Shown here piece by piece: positions 10,197-20,214 of a stretch of 64,000 nucleotides of DNA. The first letter of the stretch is position 1, and each line of letters starts with the position of its first letter. This DNA is from Polyangiaceae bacterium (GTDB lineage: Bacteria > Myxococcota_A > Polyangia > Polyangiales > Polyangiaceae), in assembly GCA_050287085.1 (NCBI GenBank), contig JBNKBE010000016.1, positions 86,541-150,540 on the forward strand, read 5' to 3'. The notes below the pieces were generated by a model. The model made no database searches, was not told the DNA's origin, and worked only from the letters and a program-made list of their open reading frames with translations. A program made the translations under genes and the position numbers.

Positions 10197-10673
10197 ATGC
10201 ATCTTCGGGGGTCTTGTCATTGTGGGCTTGTTCAGTTTGAGCTGGAGTGTCACGAGCCTTGGCCCTACATGCGTTGCTACTGCAGCATCTGCCGGAAGAC
10301 GGCGGGCGCTGGCGGGTATGGCATCAATCTTGGCGGGGACAGCCGTACCTTGAGGGTGCAGGGACAGCAGCACGTCAAGGTCTACCGAGCCAAGAACCCC
10401 GAGACGGGCAAGCTCAGTGAGCACCAGCGCCATTTTTGTGCCGAGTGCGGGAGCCACCTTTGGGCCTGCAATAGTAGCTGGCCGGAGCTGGTGCACCCGG
10501 TGGCAGGCGCCATCGACACGCCCTTGCCGCCGCCCCCGGAGAGCGTACACATCATGGTGAAGTTCAGGGTACCTTGGGCGCCCGCACCGCAGGAGGGGGA
10601 GGCCCAATTTGCCGCCTACCCAGATCAGAGTCTAGCCAGTCGGCATCAGGCACACGGCTACGAAGACAAGTGA
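10197..10673 (+). CDS. GFA / CENP-V family Zn-binding protein
   Basis: GSCHCGLV, CYCSICRK and RHFCAECGSHLW motifs. Confidence 0.92.
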   Translation: MHLRGSCHCGLVQFELECHEPWPYMRCYCSICRKTAGAGGYGINLGGDSRTLRVQGQQHVKVYRAKNPETGKLSEHQRHFCAECGSHLWACNSSWPELVHPVAGAIDTPLPPPPESVHIMVKFRVPWAPAPQEGEAQFAAYPDQSLASRHQAHGYEDK

Positions 10674-10699
10674 CGCCCGCGGCTGAAGCCGCGGGCGTC
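10672..10699. terminator. Perfect 12-bp hairpin between convergent genes (putative terminator)
   Basis: GACGCCCGCGGC-TGAA-GCCGCGGGCGTC at the GFA stop; no clear U-tract. Confidence 0.55.
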
Positions 10700-10730
10700 G
10701 CTTGTCGGTCAGGACGACGGGCTTGCGCCC

Positions 10731-12185
10731 CTAAGCGAGCAGCTCGCTGATTTCCTGCGGTGTGTAGCGGAAGCGGGCATGGTTGCCGCTGCCCATGTTT
10801 GAAACCAGTCCGTAGGGCTTGAGCACCGTGTCGTAGAGATCCACGATGTTGTAGGCGTTGTCGTAGAAGCCGGGGCGAAAGTGACCGTTGCCTCCCGCGA
10901 TGGCGTGAAAAACACCCTCGGGAATATGACCGGTTGTGACCCCGCCTCCGCCATAGTCCGTACCAATGACAACCAGGGTGTTGTCGAGCACGGTCTTGCC
11001 GTTGGCTTCAAGGTAGTTGGGGTCGTCGAGGGCGAGCAGCGCATTGGCCATGGCGACCTGACAGTAGTGGGCATGAAGTCGGCACTTGTCCCAGCGATTG
11101 TTGTGGAAGTACGCGTCGTGCGCGCTTGTCCCTTCCAAGTCAGCTGTGAAGTTCACGCTGTCCCCCAGTGCCTCGTACGTGCCTTGCAGACCCACGTGGC
11201 CCCCGGAGCCCACAAACACCATACTGCCGAAGCGCAAGACGTCGCAGCGGAGCGCCAGCGCCATCAACTCTCCCTGGAGCTTGAAGGCAGCCGCGAAGTC
11301 CTGGTGGGTCACGCGCGGCGCACCACCACCCGTGCCGCCCTGGGCAACGTCGTAGGGAACGTTGTTGCCTGGGTCAGTGATGCTATCCGGTATGTTGCAG
11401 ATGGCTTCTTGAGAGATGGCGTCGTTGATCGCCGACTCCACCGGGGCAAGCCGCGTCTCGACGTTGCGGATGTTGTCCAGGTGCACGGAGAGCCTGGCCT
11501 TCGATTCTGCGCCGAGCGGCGACGCATCCCCGATATAGTGCTTGTACTCACCCACGACGGCGTCGAGAACACTGCGCTTCAGGTGGCGCTCAGTGATGGC
11601 GGCCGGATCCTCGGGAACGTTGGGGTCGCTGACGGCCATGCGGTCTCCGAACATTTGCTCGAAGATGCGCGTTGGACGCCGCTCGGGCTTTTCACCCGGG
11701 CTGCCGTCTTGGTTCCAATGACGCGTGTACTGCGACACGGAGCCCGTCCGAAACCACATGCCAATGGACTTTGAGCCAAGACGCGTGGGAACCCCGTCCG
11801 GGTGCAGCTGCTTCTTGGCTAGCTGTTCGAGCGAGGGTCCGGACGCCTCATACTCCCGCTTCTGAGGGTCACCGACGAAGATGACGTCGCCGACCTTGAA
11901 ATGGGGTTCCCCGGAGCCAAAGTCGTGTGCTTGGTTCAGCTCCAGATTGGTGAAGAAGGCGATCTTGTTTTCGAGCGACTTGTAGGGCTCAAGTGGTCCG
12001 GTAAACTTCTTCAGCATTTCCTCGCGCGCGATACCCAAGCCGAAGAAGAGCGTAATGAGCCGCATCGGAGGGTCTTGTTCGGCGGCGCGAACACTGGACG
12101 GTCGCATCTCTTCGAGGAAGGGCAGGCCGACGAGGACACCCCCGGCACCATGAAGGAACGTTCGGCGTGCTAGGATTTTTCTCAT
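10731..12185 (-). CDS. DUF1552 family protein (Tat-like signal)
   Basis: RRTFLHGAGGVLVGLPFLE, RSVLDAV, LALRCDVLR, KTVLDNTLVV; ATGA-coupled to the upstream DUF1592-type gene. Confidence 0.88.
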   Translation of the reverse strand: MRKILARRTFLHGAGGVLVGLPFLEEMRPSSVRAAEQDPPMRLITLFFGLGIAREEMLKKFTGPLEPYKSLENKIAFFTNLELNQAHDFGSGEPHFKVGDVIFVGDPQKREYEASGPSLEQLAKKQLHPDGVPTRLGSKSIGMWFRTGSVSQYTRHWNQDGSPGEKPERRPTRIFEQMFGDRMAVSDPNVPEDPAAITERHLKRSVLDAVVGEYKHYIGDASPLGAESKARLSVHLDNIRNVETRLAPVESAINDAISQEAICNIPDSITDPGNNVPYDVAQGGTGGGAPRVTHQDFAAAFKLQGELMALALRCDVLRFGSMVFVGSGGHVGLQGTYEALGDSVNFTADLEGTSAHDAYFHNNRWDKCRLHAHYCQVAMANALLALDDPNYLEANGKTVLDNTLVVIGTDYGGGGVTTGHIPEGVFHAIAGGNGHFRPGFYDNAYNIVDLYDTVLKPYGLVSNMGSGNHARFRYTPQEISELLA

Positions 12186-13966
12186 TGCTGGTCCTCGGCA
12201 GTCGACGGCAGAACGGTCTTGAACAATGGGCTTTCAACGACGGCCGCGATCATTGCGTTCAGTGTGCTGCCATTCTTCAAGTATTCCACCCCGACCTGTT
12301 CGGCCGCCACCCGCGCGACGGGGTCACTGCTGTGTGCGGTGGCAAAGTCAATAAAGTGTTCGGTCATACAATTCTGCACGACTGGGTTGGTCGCCAGCAC
12401 CTGCATGTAGCTGGCCATGTCTGTGTATTGGGCTTCTTCTGCCTCACCCGTCGGCACCCAGCCATCGAGTGGCAGCGGCTTGCCCGTTGCATCCATCTCA
12501 CCGATGTAACGCCCCATGGCGTCAAAGCGTGACAGCCCGAAGGAGAGCGGCTCAAATTGCGAGTGGCAGCCCCAACACTGAGGGCGGGTCATGCGGATAG
12601 CCGCGCGCTCGTGTTCGTTCAGGCCAGTAGTGTCGGCGGTGAAGGCTTCGATCTGGGACGAAAGGGCCGCCGGCACCGCCCCCGGGTTGCGGCACAATAG
12701 GCGTGCCATCAGGTACTTGCCGCGATTGACGAAGGAGCCCGCTTCGCGGTCTCCCATGCCTGCCAACACACCGGGATGGGACAGGATTCCCACACGCTCT
12801 TCCAGGCCGGAGACGTCGATCGGCGCAAGTTCGTCGCCGCTTCCTTCGAAGTCCACGCCGAGCAATTCAGCGACCCTCGCGTTGCCGATGAAGCGGGTTG
12901 TCGTGAACAGGTCAGCCACGCTGCCCTGGTTGGCGAAGTGGTCTTGAATGGTGGCCACAACAGACTGGTTCAGCGCGGCTCGATCGGCGTCCGTAACGCC
13001 CACAAATGAGGCGTAACTTGCGCGCCCGAAGTCCGTGGCAAAGACGCGCGTGAAGCGCTCCGCCTTGGGGTCGGCGAGCATGCGCGAGACCTGGGCGCTC
13101 TGGACGTCAGGGGTGAGCAGGCTTTGGTCTGCGGCGGCAGCCAGGAGCGCATCGTCCGGAACGCTCACCCAGATAAATGAGGCCAGTGCTGCCGCGAGTT
13201 CATAGCCGTCCAAGGGTCGCGGCTGATCGGGGGTGCCCACCGTTTCCTGTTCCATTCGGAATAGGAACTGCGGGGCCTGTAGCAGCGCATGAATGGAGTA
13301 CTGCGCGGCCGCATCGAAACCGAGGTTCTCCGCAAGGGCGCTGTCGAAGACCGATAGAATGCCATCAACCTCCCGCTGATCGAGGGGTCTACGGTAGAGC
13401 TGGCGTCCAACCCCCTGGATCAGTCCGGTGCCGCAGGCCGAGGTGGCCTCGCTGCAAATGCCGAGGCGCGCCACAAGTGCCGCAATATCCACGCGCTTGG
13501 AGACCGCTTCAGCAACCTGGAAAAAGGCGAGCGCGTGCTGCTCGATGCTTATCTGCTTGTCCGCCAGGTGCTTGAAGACGCCGTCGCCGCTGTCGTCCGG
13601 GACGCCGTCTTGGCTCGCGTCCAGTTCGGCGGGAAGGAGGCTCACGCCCAGGACGTCCTGGATGCTGTATTCGTACTCGAACTTGCTCAGACGTCGCGCG
13701 AACGCTCTGCGGCTGAGCACGCTCGGCCTCTCATCTTCAATGCCAGCACCACCCGTGCTGCTACCTGGACCGCCGACTCCGGCAGTTCCTGCATACGAGC
13801 CCCCGGCTGTGTTCATCGTATCGGCTCCACCTCCGCTGCCTGGAGAAGCCGGATCACCGGGGTTATTCCCTGGGTTTGCGGGTTCCGAACACGCGACGAA
13901 TAGCGTCGCTGCCAGCAGGACCGCAATAGGTCCCGACTCACGATTATTGACCATACTGCTGACCAT
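12182..13966 (-). CDS. DUF1587/1595/1592/1588/1585 multi-domain lipoprotein with CxxCH
   Basis: Lipobox FVAC; RRLSKFEY, LYRRPL, ELAAALASFIWVSVPDDALL, RVGILSHPG, RGKYL, CWGCH. Confidence 0.88.
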   Translation of the reverse strand: MVSSMVNNRESGPIAVLLAATLFVACSEPANPGNNPGDPASPGSGGGADTMNTAGGSYAGTAGVGGPGSSTGGAGIEDERPSVLSRRAFARRLSKFEYEYSIQDVLGVSLLPAELDASQDGVPDDSGDGVFKHLADKQISIEQHALAFFQVAEAVSKRVDIAALVARLGICSEATSACGTGLIQGVGRQLYRRPLDQREVDGILSVFDSALAENLGFDAAAQYSIHALLQAPQFLFRMEQETVGTPDQPRPLDGYELAAALASFIWVSVPDDALLAAAADQSLLTPDVQSAQVSRMLADPKAERFTRVFATDFGRASYASFVGVTDADRAALNQSVVATIQDHFANQGSVADLFTTTRFIGNARVAELLGVDFEGSGDELAPIDVSGLEERVGILSHPGVLAGMGDREAGSFVNRGKYLMARLLCRNPGAVPAALSSQIEAFTADTTGLNEHERAAIRMTRPQCWGCHSQFEPLSFGLSRFDAMGRYIGEMDATGKPLPLDGWVPTGEAEEAQYTDMASYMQVLATNPVVQNCMTEHFIDFATAHSSDPVARVAAEQVGVEYLKNGSTLNAMIAAVVESPLFKTVLPSTAEDQQ

Positions 13967-14461
13967 TCATTGACCAAACCGCCTCGACGCTCTCACCGTG
14001 CATTCAGGAAAGCCAACGCAAGCATACCCCACCCTACGAGCGTTTCAATCCACCGCTAAGGGCACGACAACGTTGAATTCGCTCCAACTGCGAATTCTCC
14101 TCTTGAGGGCGAATTGCCCCGGCCACGCCTCAGGCTCACTTGGGGCTGACTCGGTTCCAGTTTCCGCGGAAACGGCTGTGCTGATCGAAATGTCACCAGT
14201 GGGCCCGGCTTGTTGCAACCTGAAGTCACTAGGCTGGTCCGGGGCTAGCAGGCGGTGAACCTTTCGTAGGCACGTCTCAAAGAGTCGAGCGCGGAGCGTC
14301 GTAGCGAGTAGCCTCCAGCGCCGGTCCGTCGCGCCGAGACGCGCGGCGCGAGATGAGCCGAGGCGCAACCTGTGCTTCCTCTCGCACGCGGCAATACGCG
14401 GCGGACGGCGCGGTAGTGGGATGAGCGGCGGAGCCGACTAATCGACTTTCAGATATCGACG

Positions 14462-15358
14462 GTGGTGATTACTCTATCTCGCGTGGAATGGCTCAACTTC
14501 AGGCATCTGTACGCCTTCTGGTGTGTCAGCAAATACGGCGGATTTCAGAAGGCGGCGCAGCGCATCGCGGTGTCGCAGTCCGCGTTAAGCGAACAGGTGC
14601 AACAGCTGGAAGAATACCTCGACGAACATCTGCTGGAACGCACCACGCGCTCCCTCAAGATCACCGAGAGAGGCGTTGCGCTCCTAGCGTATGCCGACGA
14701 GATATTTGCACGCAGTCAGCTGATCAATCATCTGTTCAAGGAGAAGAACGAGAGCCCACAACCTTCGGAGATCCGCATCGGAATGGTAGGCGGCATCTCT
14801 CGGAATTTCTTGTTCAGATTGATCCATCAGAACCTTCATGAGCGACGGGGGCTGCACATTCGCGTGGTCGATGGTTCTCTGGACGAACTCAACACGTTGC
14901 TGAAGGGCTACGAACTCGATCTGGTGTTTACGCTGGATGTTCCGCGGACACGAGACCTCGTGACGCTTGGCTATAAGACGGTCGGGGCGAGTCCCATCTG
15001 CCTCGCGGGTCGACCCGACATGGTCGCCAAGGTAAAGCGACGTCGCAGCCAGGCGCTGAAGGTCGAGCTCTTCATGTTCAATCAGCCTCGTGAAGGGAGC
15101 CAGCTGGAGGATACGCTGCGCTCCAGATTCAACTTGGACATGACTGTTTCGGTTTCGACAGACGACATCTCGTTGCTTCGCTTTCTTGCCAACTCGAGTC
15201 GGGGTCTGGCTGTCATTCCGGAAGTCGGAATCCAGGAAGATCTCGACGCTGGAATATTGTCCAAGGTTCGGCTGACCGAGTGTCTTCCTGCCGTCTTTCA
15301 CGCCGTGTTCTTGAAGAACGGCTTTCATCACCAGCTGGTCCAGGACTTTCTCTCCTAG
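14462..15358 (+). CDS. LysR-family regulator (NhaR-like N-terminus)
   Basis: LNFRHLYAFW..KAAQRIAVSQSALSEQVQQLEE..LLERTTRSLKITERG HTH, plus substrate-binding domain. Confidence 0.92.
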   Translation: MVITLSRVEWLNFRHLYAFWCVSKYGGFQKAAQRIAVSQSALSEQVQQLEEYLDEHLLERTTRSLKITERGVALLAYADEIFARSQLINHLFKEKNESPQPSEIRIGMVGGISRNFLFRLIHQNLHERRGLHIRVVDGSLDELNTLLKGYELDLVFTLDVPRTRDLVTLGYKTVGASPICLAGRPDMVAKVKRRRSQALKVELFMFNQPREGSQLEDTLRSRFNLDMTVSVSTDDISLLRFLANSSRGLAVIPEVGIQEDLDAGILSKVRLTECLPAVFHAVFLKNGFHHQLVQDFLS

Positions 15359-15376
15359 AAGTTCGCCCCTCTTAGC

Positions 15377-15447
15377 TATCGAGATTTTCGAATGGTCATA
15401 TCGAAATAATCTAACTGACCTAATAGTGACTACTCCCTAAAGTAGTC
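15377..15447 (+). promoter_or_regulatory. AT-rich promoter of dabBA with two LysR-type boxes and an inverted repeat
   Basis: TATCGAGATTTTCGAA (15377) and TATCGAAATAATCTAA (15399) lie 22 bp apart; GACTACT-N6-AGTAGTC at 15428-15447. Confidence 0.55.
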
Positions 15448-15452
15448 GGACC

Positions 15453-17090
15453 ATGCAGCTGGCTTGCGTCACTACGACGTCAACGGGCATTCCTCACGGC
15501 TTGTACGTTTGCGCCCTACTACTCGTGTGCGCCTTGGTAGGGCAGGGGCTGAGTCTAGCAATTGCAAGTGCGCGGCGAAGCTCTCCCCACGGATACCCGA
15601 GCGTTTTGCTGGCGGTGGCTGCTCTCTCGGCCGCCGCCTCTGTGGTCATCGGCGACGGCTTCATCGCGCTTAGAGTCGGCGCGCCTGGGCTGGACACGCC
15701 TTACGCGTTGGGCGTCGGAATATGGGTCGACCGCGTGACTGCTGCGATGGCGACGCTCGTCTGCTTCGTGGGCCTGGTTGTCTATCGGTTCTCGCAAACC
15801 TACTTGCGCTCCGAGGTGGGGCGCGACGCATTTCTGCGGAAGCTAGCACTCGCCGTGCTGTTGGTGCAGGTATTTGCACTGAGCAGCGGCTTGCTCGGGC
15901 ACGCGGTGCTCTGGTTGTTCTTGAGCGTGTCGGTGCATCGCTTGCTTCGGCACTACGAGGAGCGCCCCTTGGCGCGATTGGCTGCCAAGAAGAAGTTTCT
16001 CATCAGCCGAGTGGGGGACGCGTTCATGGTCTCGGCGCTGGTTCTCATGTTCGGGCAATACGGCAGTCTGGACATTGAGGAGCTCCAGCATCTTCGCGTC
16101 GCTACCAGCGGCGGGGAGCGACTAGCAGATGTGCTCTCCGGGGCGTTCTTGGTGCTGGCTGCTCTGGCCAAGTCTGCTCAGTTTCCTCTGCACACCTGGC
16201 TGCCCGATGCGATGGACGCACCCACGCCGGTGTCAGCTCTGATGCATGCAGGAATCGCCAATGCGGGCGCGTTCCTGTTGCTTCGAGCTGCCGCTTTGCT
16301 GGACGGCAACGCTCTTGCGCTCTGTCTTCTTATCGCTGTCGGAGGGACGTCGGCGTGTTTCGGGGTGCTGATAGGCAGCCTTCAGCCGAGCATCAAATTG
16401 AAACTTGCGTGGTCGACGATAGCGCAGATGGGCTTTCTGTTCTTTGAGCTGGGCCTTGGATTGACCGGCGCGGCGGCGTTGCACCTGGCGGGTCATGCGG
16501 TGTACAAGGCCCATCGCTTTCTGCGTTCCGGCACGCTCTGTGCCAAAGGCAGACCGTTGCGACCTCGTCTTGGGTCCGTGCTGAGTGTGGTCCTCGCTGC
16601 CGCGTTGGCAGCTGGCGTGGGCTTGTGGGGGCTTGCGAGGTGGGGCGGGTTCGACACGGCCGGCCACGCGCCTCTGGCTATGGTCTGGGCGCTTGCAATG
16701 AGTCAGTTCCTGATCGGACCGCCTGAGGTGCCGCTCCGGATCCGCGCCTGGACGTTGCTGTTGTTTGGCGGCGGTCTTGGAGCCCTCGCCTGGGCAGCGG
16801 AGACGGCGATTACGCCGTGGTTTGGAGTATTGTCAAGTCCACTTCACAGCAGCCAGAGCGCTTGGCTGATTGCCTGGGCTGTTGCGGGGCTGGCGGGAGT
16901 TGTGGCGGTTCTTTGTGCGGTGGGGGAGTGGCGGAGTCAGTGGCTCGAGAGGCTATCGGTCTACCTGCTCTCCGGCTTCTACCTCTCCGACTTTCAGGAT
17001 CGGCTCACGATGGCGCTGTGGCCCGACGTGGTGAACAGGCAGCCAATCCGCGCGCGACTCACTAGACGGTTCGAAGGAGCCCTCAGATGA
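15453..17090 (+). CDS. dabB: DabB/MpsA: NuoL-like proton-pumping subunit of the inorganic carbon transporter
   Basis: AAKKKFLISRVGD, KSAQFPLHTWLPDAMDAPTPVSALMHAG, STIAQMG, HLAGHAVYKAH; ATGA-coupled to the DUF2309 gene. Confidence 0.88.
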   Translation: MQLACVTTTSTGIPHGLYVCALLLVCALVGQGLSLAIASARRSSPHGYPSVLLAVAALSAAASVVIGDGFIALRVGAPGLDTPYALGVGIWVDRVTAAMATLVCFVGLVVYRFSQTYLRSEVGRDAFLRKLALAVLLVQVFALSSGLLGHAVLWLFLSVSVHRLLRHYEERPLARLAAKKKFLISRVGDAFMVSALVLMFGQYGSLDIEELQHLRVATSGGERLADVLSGAFLVLAALAKSAQFPLHTWLPDAMDAPTPVSALMHAGIANAGAFLLLRAAALLDGNALALCLLIAVGGTSACFGVLIGSLQPSIKLKLAWSTIAQMGFLFFELGLGLTGAAALHLAGHAVYKAHRFLRSGTLCAKGRPLRPRLGSVLSVVLAAALAAGVGLWGLARWGGFDTAGHAPLAMVWALAMSQFLIGPPEVPLRIRAWTLLLFGGGLGALAWAAETAITPWFGVLSSPLHSSQSAWLIAWAVAGLAGVVAVLCAVGEWRSQWLERLSVYLLSGFYLSDFQDRLTMALWPDVVNRQPIRARLTRRFEGALR

Positions 17091-19474
17091 CTTCCTTTCA
17101 TCCCACCCACGTGAGTTCGCGGGCCCGTCCAACTGTCGTTCGCGACCTCGACCACGTGATAGCCCGCGCGTGTCGCCGTATCCCGCCATTGTTCAACGTT
17201 CAGGACATGGCGGCTGTAAACCCGTTCATTGGCTTCATCGACCAGGGCTTTGTCGACGCTGCAGTGGCCGTTGAACAGACTTTTCACGAGCAGATATTGC
17301 CAGGACCGCCAGGACCGGACGGTCCTCGCGTTCAAAGCGTTGCGGACGTCCTGATGGGCACTCATTGGGCAGCATGCGTGCGCAATCTCAGGGACAGCCT
17401 GACGCACTTCTTGTCGTTCTACCTGGACGAGGATCAGGCTTGTATCCAGCCGCGGTTCAAAGAGCTGCCGCTCTTGGCGGCGTATATTCGATATGCCAGG
17501 GTCGATCGCAAGCCGGAGCTTTGGGGGCTCAGGGGATATCGGTCGCTGGTCTGTGCCTTGAGCTCAGAGTCCAGGCGGGCCATCGAGAGTCTGAGCGCGC
17601 CACTAGACCTGTGTTCCACGAGACTTGAGCTGTATTTCACGCGCCTATTGGCCTCGCTTGCGGGTTATGCTGGTTTCCTTCGCTCCCTGGGTTGCCGGGC
17701 GGACGCCGGGTACGTTGGCGCGACGCAGGACTTGCTTGCCATCCTGCTGTTCCAGGAGCAGGTCCTGGCGCGGTGTTTCGGCGTGCGATCGGGGCCTCGC
17801 TTCACGCCAGGTGCCCCCGACTTCTTCGAAGATCGGCAGAAGCGCGCTGCAGCGCTCCGCGCGCGAGAGCAAAGCGTACGGCAGGGTATTGTCGACCAGC
17901 TCACCCCGGTGCCGCTCAGCGGACGGCGTGCTCAGTTGCAGCTGCTATTCTGCATCGACGTGCGCGCCGAGCCCTATCGCCAACTGCTGGAGCGTGACGC
18001 CAGGGTGGAGACCGTGGGGATGGCTGGTTTCTTTGGCGTGCCCCTCGCCAAAGAAGCGGATGGCAAGCAGCGTCCGCACTGTCCGCCCCTGGTGCAGCCC
18101 ACCATCACCCTCGTCGACAGGGCGCCGGCGGATGATACGAAGGCGCAGCTGGGGGCCTCTTTCAAATCCGTATTTGAGGCGCCGCTTTCAAGCCTACCCT
18201 GCGTGGAAGCATGGGGACTGAGCTACCTCTTCAAGTTGGTGCGAGACGCATTCCCGGACGGCAAAGTCCAACACGCGGAGCGCGACGAAGAGTGCACGTG
18301 TGATGCCAGCGTGGAAGCGCTGCCATTGGAGACGAAGAAGACGCTTGCTATAGGTATACTCAGTGCCGCCAGTTTGCCGCGCCCGTATGGACGCTTGGTC
18401 GTCTTTGTCGGTCATGGTAGTTCGGTGAGCAATAACCCGCAGGGAGCAGGACTCGCGTGTGGTGCCTGCAGTGGTCATAGTGGTGCACTCAACGCGCGGT
18501 TTGCGGCGGCGCTGTTGAACAATGAGGTGACCCGCTCCGCTCTGGCGGGGACCCCCTTGGCGATCGACCAGGAGGTCGTGTTCTTGGCGGCCGAGCATGA
18601 CACGATGACTGAGCGGGTGAAGGTCTTCGTTCCGGCCATGTTTCCGGCTTCTCATCGCGAAGATCTGGAGTTGTTGCGCGCCGAATTGGATGCGGCGACC
18701 GAGGCCCGCTGCGAGCAACGACGGCATTCGACACCAGGACTGAGCGGCACGGGACCGGAGGCCTTCGTCAGGCGTTCTCGAGACTACGCTGAGAGCCAGC
18801 CAGAGCTGGGGCTTGTGGGCAATGCGGTATTTATCATTGGGCGTCGCGCGCTCAGTCGCGCTCGTGGGCTGGGGGCCCGTGCCTTCCTGCACTCCTACGA
18901 TGAAGCTCAAGACGGCAGCGGCGAAGTGCTGGAGCAGATTCTGACGGCGCCGGTGTTGGTCGCCAGCTGGATCAACATGCAATACTATGCCTCCACCGTG
19001 GCCCCCCGCATCTTTGGCGCTGGCAGAAAGACGCTACACAACATCACGGGGGACTTTGGCGTCGTCGAAGGAAGCCGTGGAGATCTGGTGGTCGGTTTGG
19101 CTCGCGAGTCCTTATGGCAGGGAGGCCGTAGCGTTCACGAACCGCTGCGACTCCAGATATTGGTTGAAGCAAGCCTCAAGAGGCTCCTACCCATCGTTCA
19201 ACGGCATGGGGTTCTGCGTCAGCTGGTTGAGGGGGAATGGCTGACAATGAGCGTCATTCGCGATACAAGGATGGGGCTCAGGGTGGAAACCGTAGAGCCG
19301 TCGAGCTTGACGCCACGCCGCCCAGGGCGGGGCGCAGGGGTCCTGCGGGGCGCAGGGGTCCTGCGGGGCGCCCCGGTCTCAGCCGTCTCCGACTCAGCCA
19401 AGTCCCAAGTTTGGCTCGATGGAGCTAGAGCGCGCTCAGTCCACCATCGACGGCTAGTTCTTGACCGACGATGA
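17087..19474 (+). CDS. dabA: DabA/MpsB (DUF2309) carbonic-anhydrase-like subunit
   Basis: AVNPFIGF, FCIDVRAE, GHGS..NNP..CGAC (putative Zn ligands), RAFLHSYD, WINMQYYASTV, HEPLRL. Confidence 0.92.
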   Translation: MTSFHPTHVSSRARPTVVRDLDHVIARACRRIPPLFNVQDMAAVNPFIGFIDQGFVDAAVAVEQTFHEQILPGPPGPDGPRVQSVADVLMGTHWAACVRNLRDSLTHFLSFYLDEDQACIQPRFKELPLLAAYIRYARVDRKPELWGLRGYRSLVCALSSESRRAIESLSAPLDLCSTRLELYFTRLLASLAGYAGFLRSLGCRADAGYVGATQDLLAILLFQEQVLARCFGVRSGPRFTPGAPDFFEDRQKRAAALRAREQSVRQGIVDQLTPVPLSGRRAQLQLLFCIDVRAEPYRQLLERDARVETVGMAGFFGVPLAKEADGKQRPHCPPLVQPTITLVDRAPADDTKAQLGASFKSVFEAPLSSLPCVEAWGLSYLFKLVRDAFPDGKVQHAERDEECTCDASVEALPLETKKTLAIGILSAASLPRPYGRLVVFVGHGSSVSNNPQGAGLACGACSGHSGALNARFAAALLNNEVTRSALAGTPLAIDQEVVFLAAEHDTMTERVKVFVPAMFPASHREDLELLRAELDAATEARCEQRRHSTPGLSGTGPEAFVRRSRDYAESQPELGLVGNAVFIIGRRALSRARGLGARAFLHSYDEAQDGSGEVLEQILTAPVLVASWINMQYYASTVAPRIFGAGRKTLHNITGDFGVVEGSRGDLVVGLARESLWQGGRSVHEPLRLQILVEASLKRLLPIVQRHGVLRQLVEGEWLTMSVIRDTRMGLRVETVEPSSLTPRRPGRGAGVLRGAGVLRGAPVSAVSDSAKSQVWLDGARARSVHHRRLVLDRR
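19327..19371 (+). repeat. 18-bp tandem repeat, 2.5 copies (GCGGGGCGCAGGGGTCCT)
   Basis: Read directly; encodes RGAGVL repeats in the DabA C-terminal tail. Confidence 0.9.
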
Positions 19475-20192
19475 ACGATGCCTCGTCGGAAAGGAGGAAA
19501 GCTGCTGCGGCGGCCACCTCCGCCGGCCGTCCAAGACGTCCGAGCCGCATCCGCTGATGGACGTAGGGTGCCATTTCTTGGGCCTGTGCGTCCGTCATCG
19601 TGATCTTGCTCAGAATGGGCGTTTCGGTCGGCCCAGGAGAGACTGCGTTGACGCGGACGCCCAGCGGTAGGAGCTCCGCCGCCAAAGACCGGACCAGGGA
19701 GCGCATGGCGGCCTTGCTAGCGCCATACACGGAGCCATTGGGCGCTCCAATCCTGCCGGCGACACTAGTTGTGAATACAACGCTGGAACCCGAAACGAGC
19801 AACGGCAAGGCGTGCTTCAGCGTGAATAGGGCACCCTTGACGTTGACGTCGAAAACCCGGTCGAAGTGGGCTTCGTCAAGCTCTGCCAGCGGACTAAACT
19901 CCGCGATGCCCGCATTGACGAGCAGTGCATCGAGGTGGTCGTTGGCCGCCTTCACGCTCTCGAATAGTCGCGTTAGATCAGCGCTGGACGTAACGCTGCC
20001 GGCTACACAGGTCACCTCGCCGTCGATGTGGTTTCGGGCCGCGGCCAGGTCGTGCTCGCTGCGGGCAAAGAGGAAGACATGGTGACCACTCTGGGCGAGG
20101 CGTTGTGCTGTGGCGAGGCCAATCCCGGTGCTGCCGCCTGTAATGACCGATACCTTGGAGGGCGTTGAGCTTGAGTGCTTGTGTTGTGTCAT
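19425..20192 (-). CDS. Short-chain dehydrogenase/reductase (SDR)
   Basis: TGGSTGIG, VNAG, YGASK, RVNAVSPGP, VDGG. Confidence 0.95.
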   Translation of the reverse strand: MTQHKHSSSTPSKVSVITGGSTGIGLATAQRLAQSGHHVFLFARSEHDLAAARNHIDGEVTCVAGSVTSSADLTRLFESVKAANDHLDALLVNAGIAEFSPLAELDEAHFDRVFDVNVKGALFTLKHALPLLVSGSSVVFTTSVAGRIGAPNGSVYGASKAAMRSLVRSLAAELLPLGVRVNAVSPGPTETPILSKITMTDAQAQEMAPYVHQRMRLGRLGRPAEVAAAAAFLLSDEASFIVGQELAVDGGLSAL

Positions 20193-20214
20193 GGCGAAGT
20201 TCTATGCTGCCGAT

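Noticed and set aside
15453..17090. nuoL of respiratory complex I
   Set aside because: No other nuo genes, and it is coupled to DUF2309, which identifies it as DabB/MpsA.
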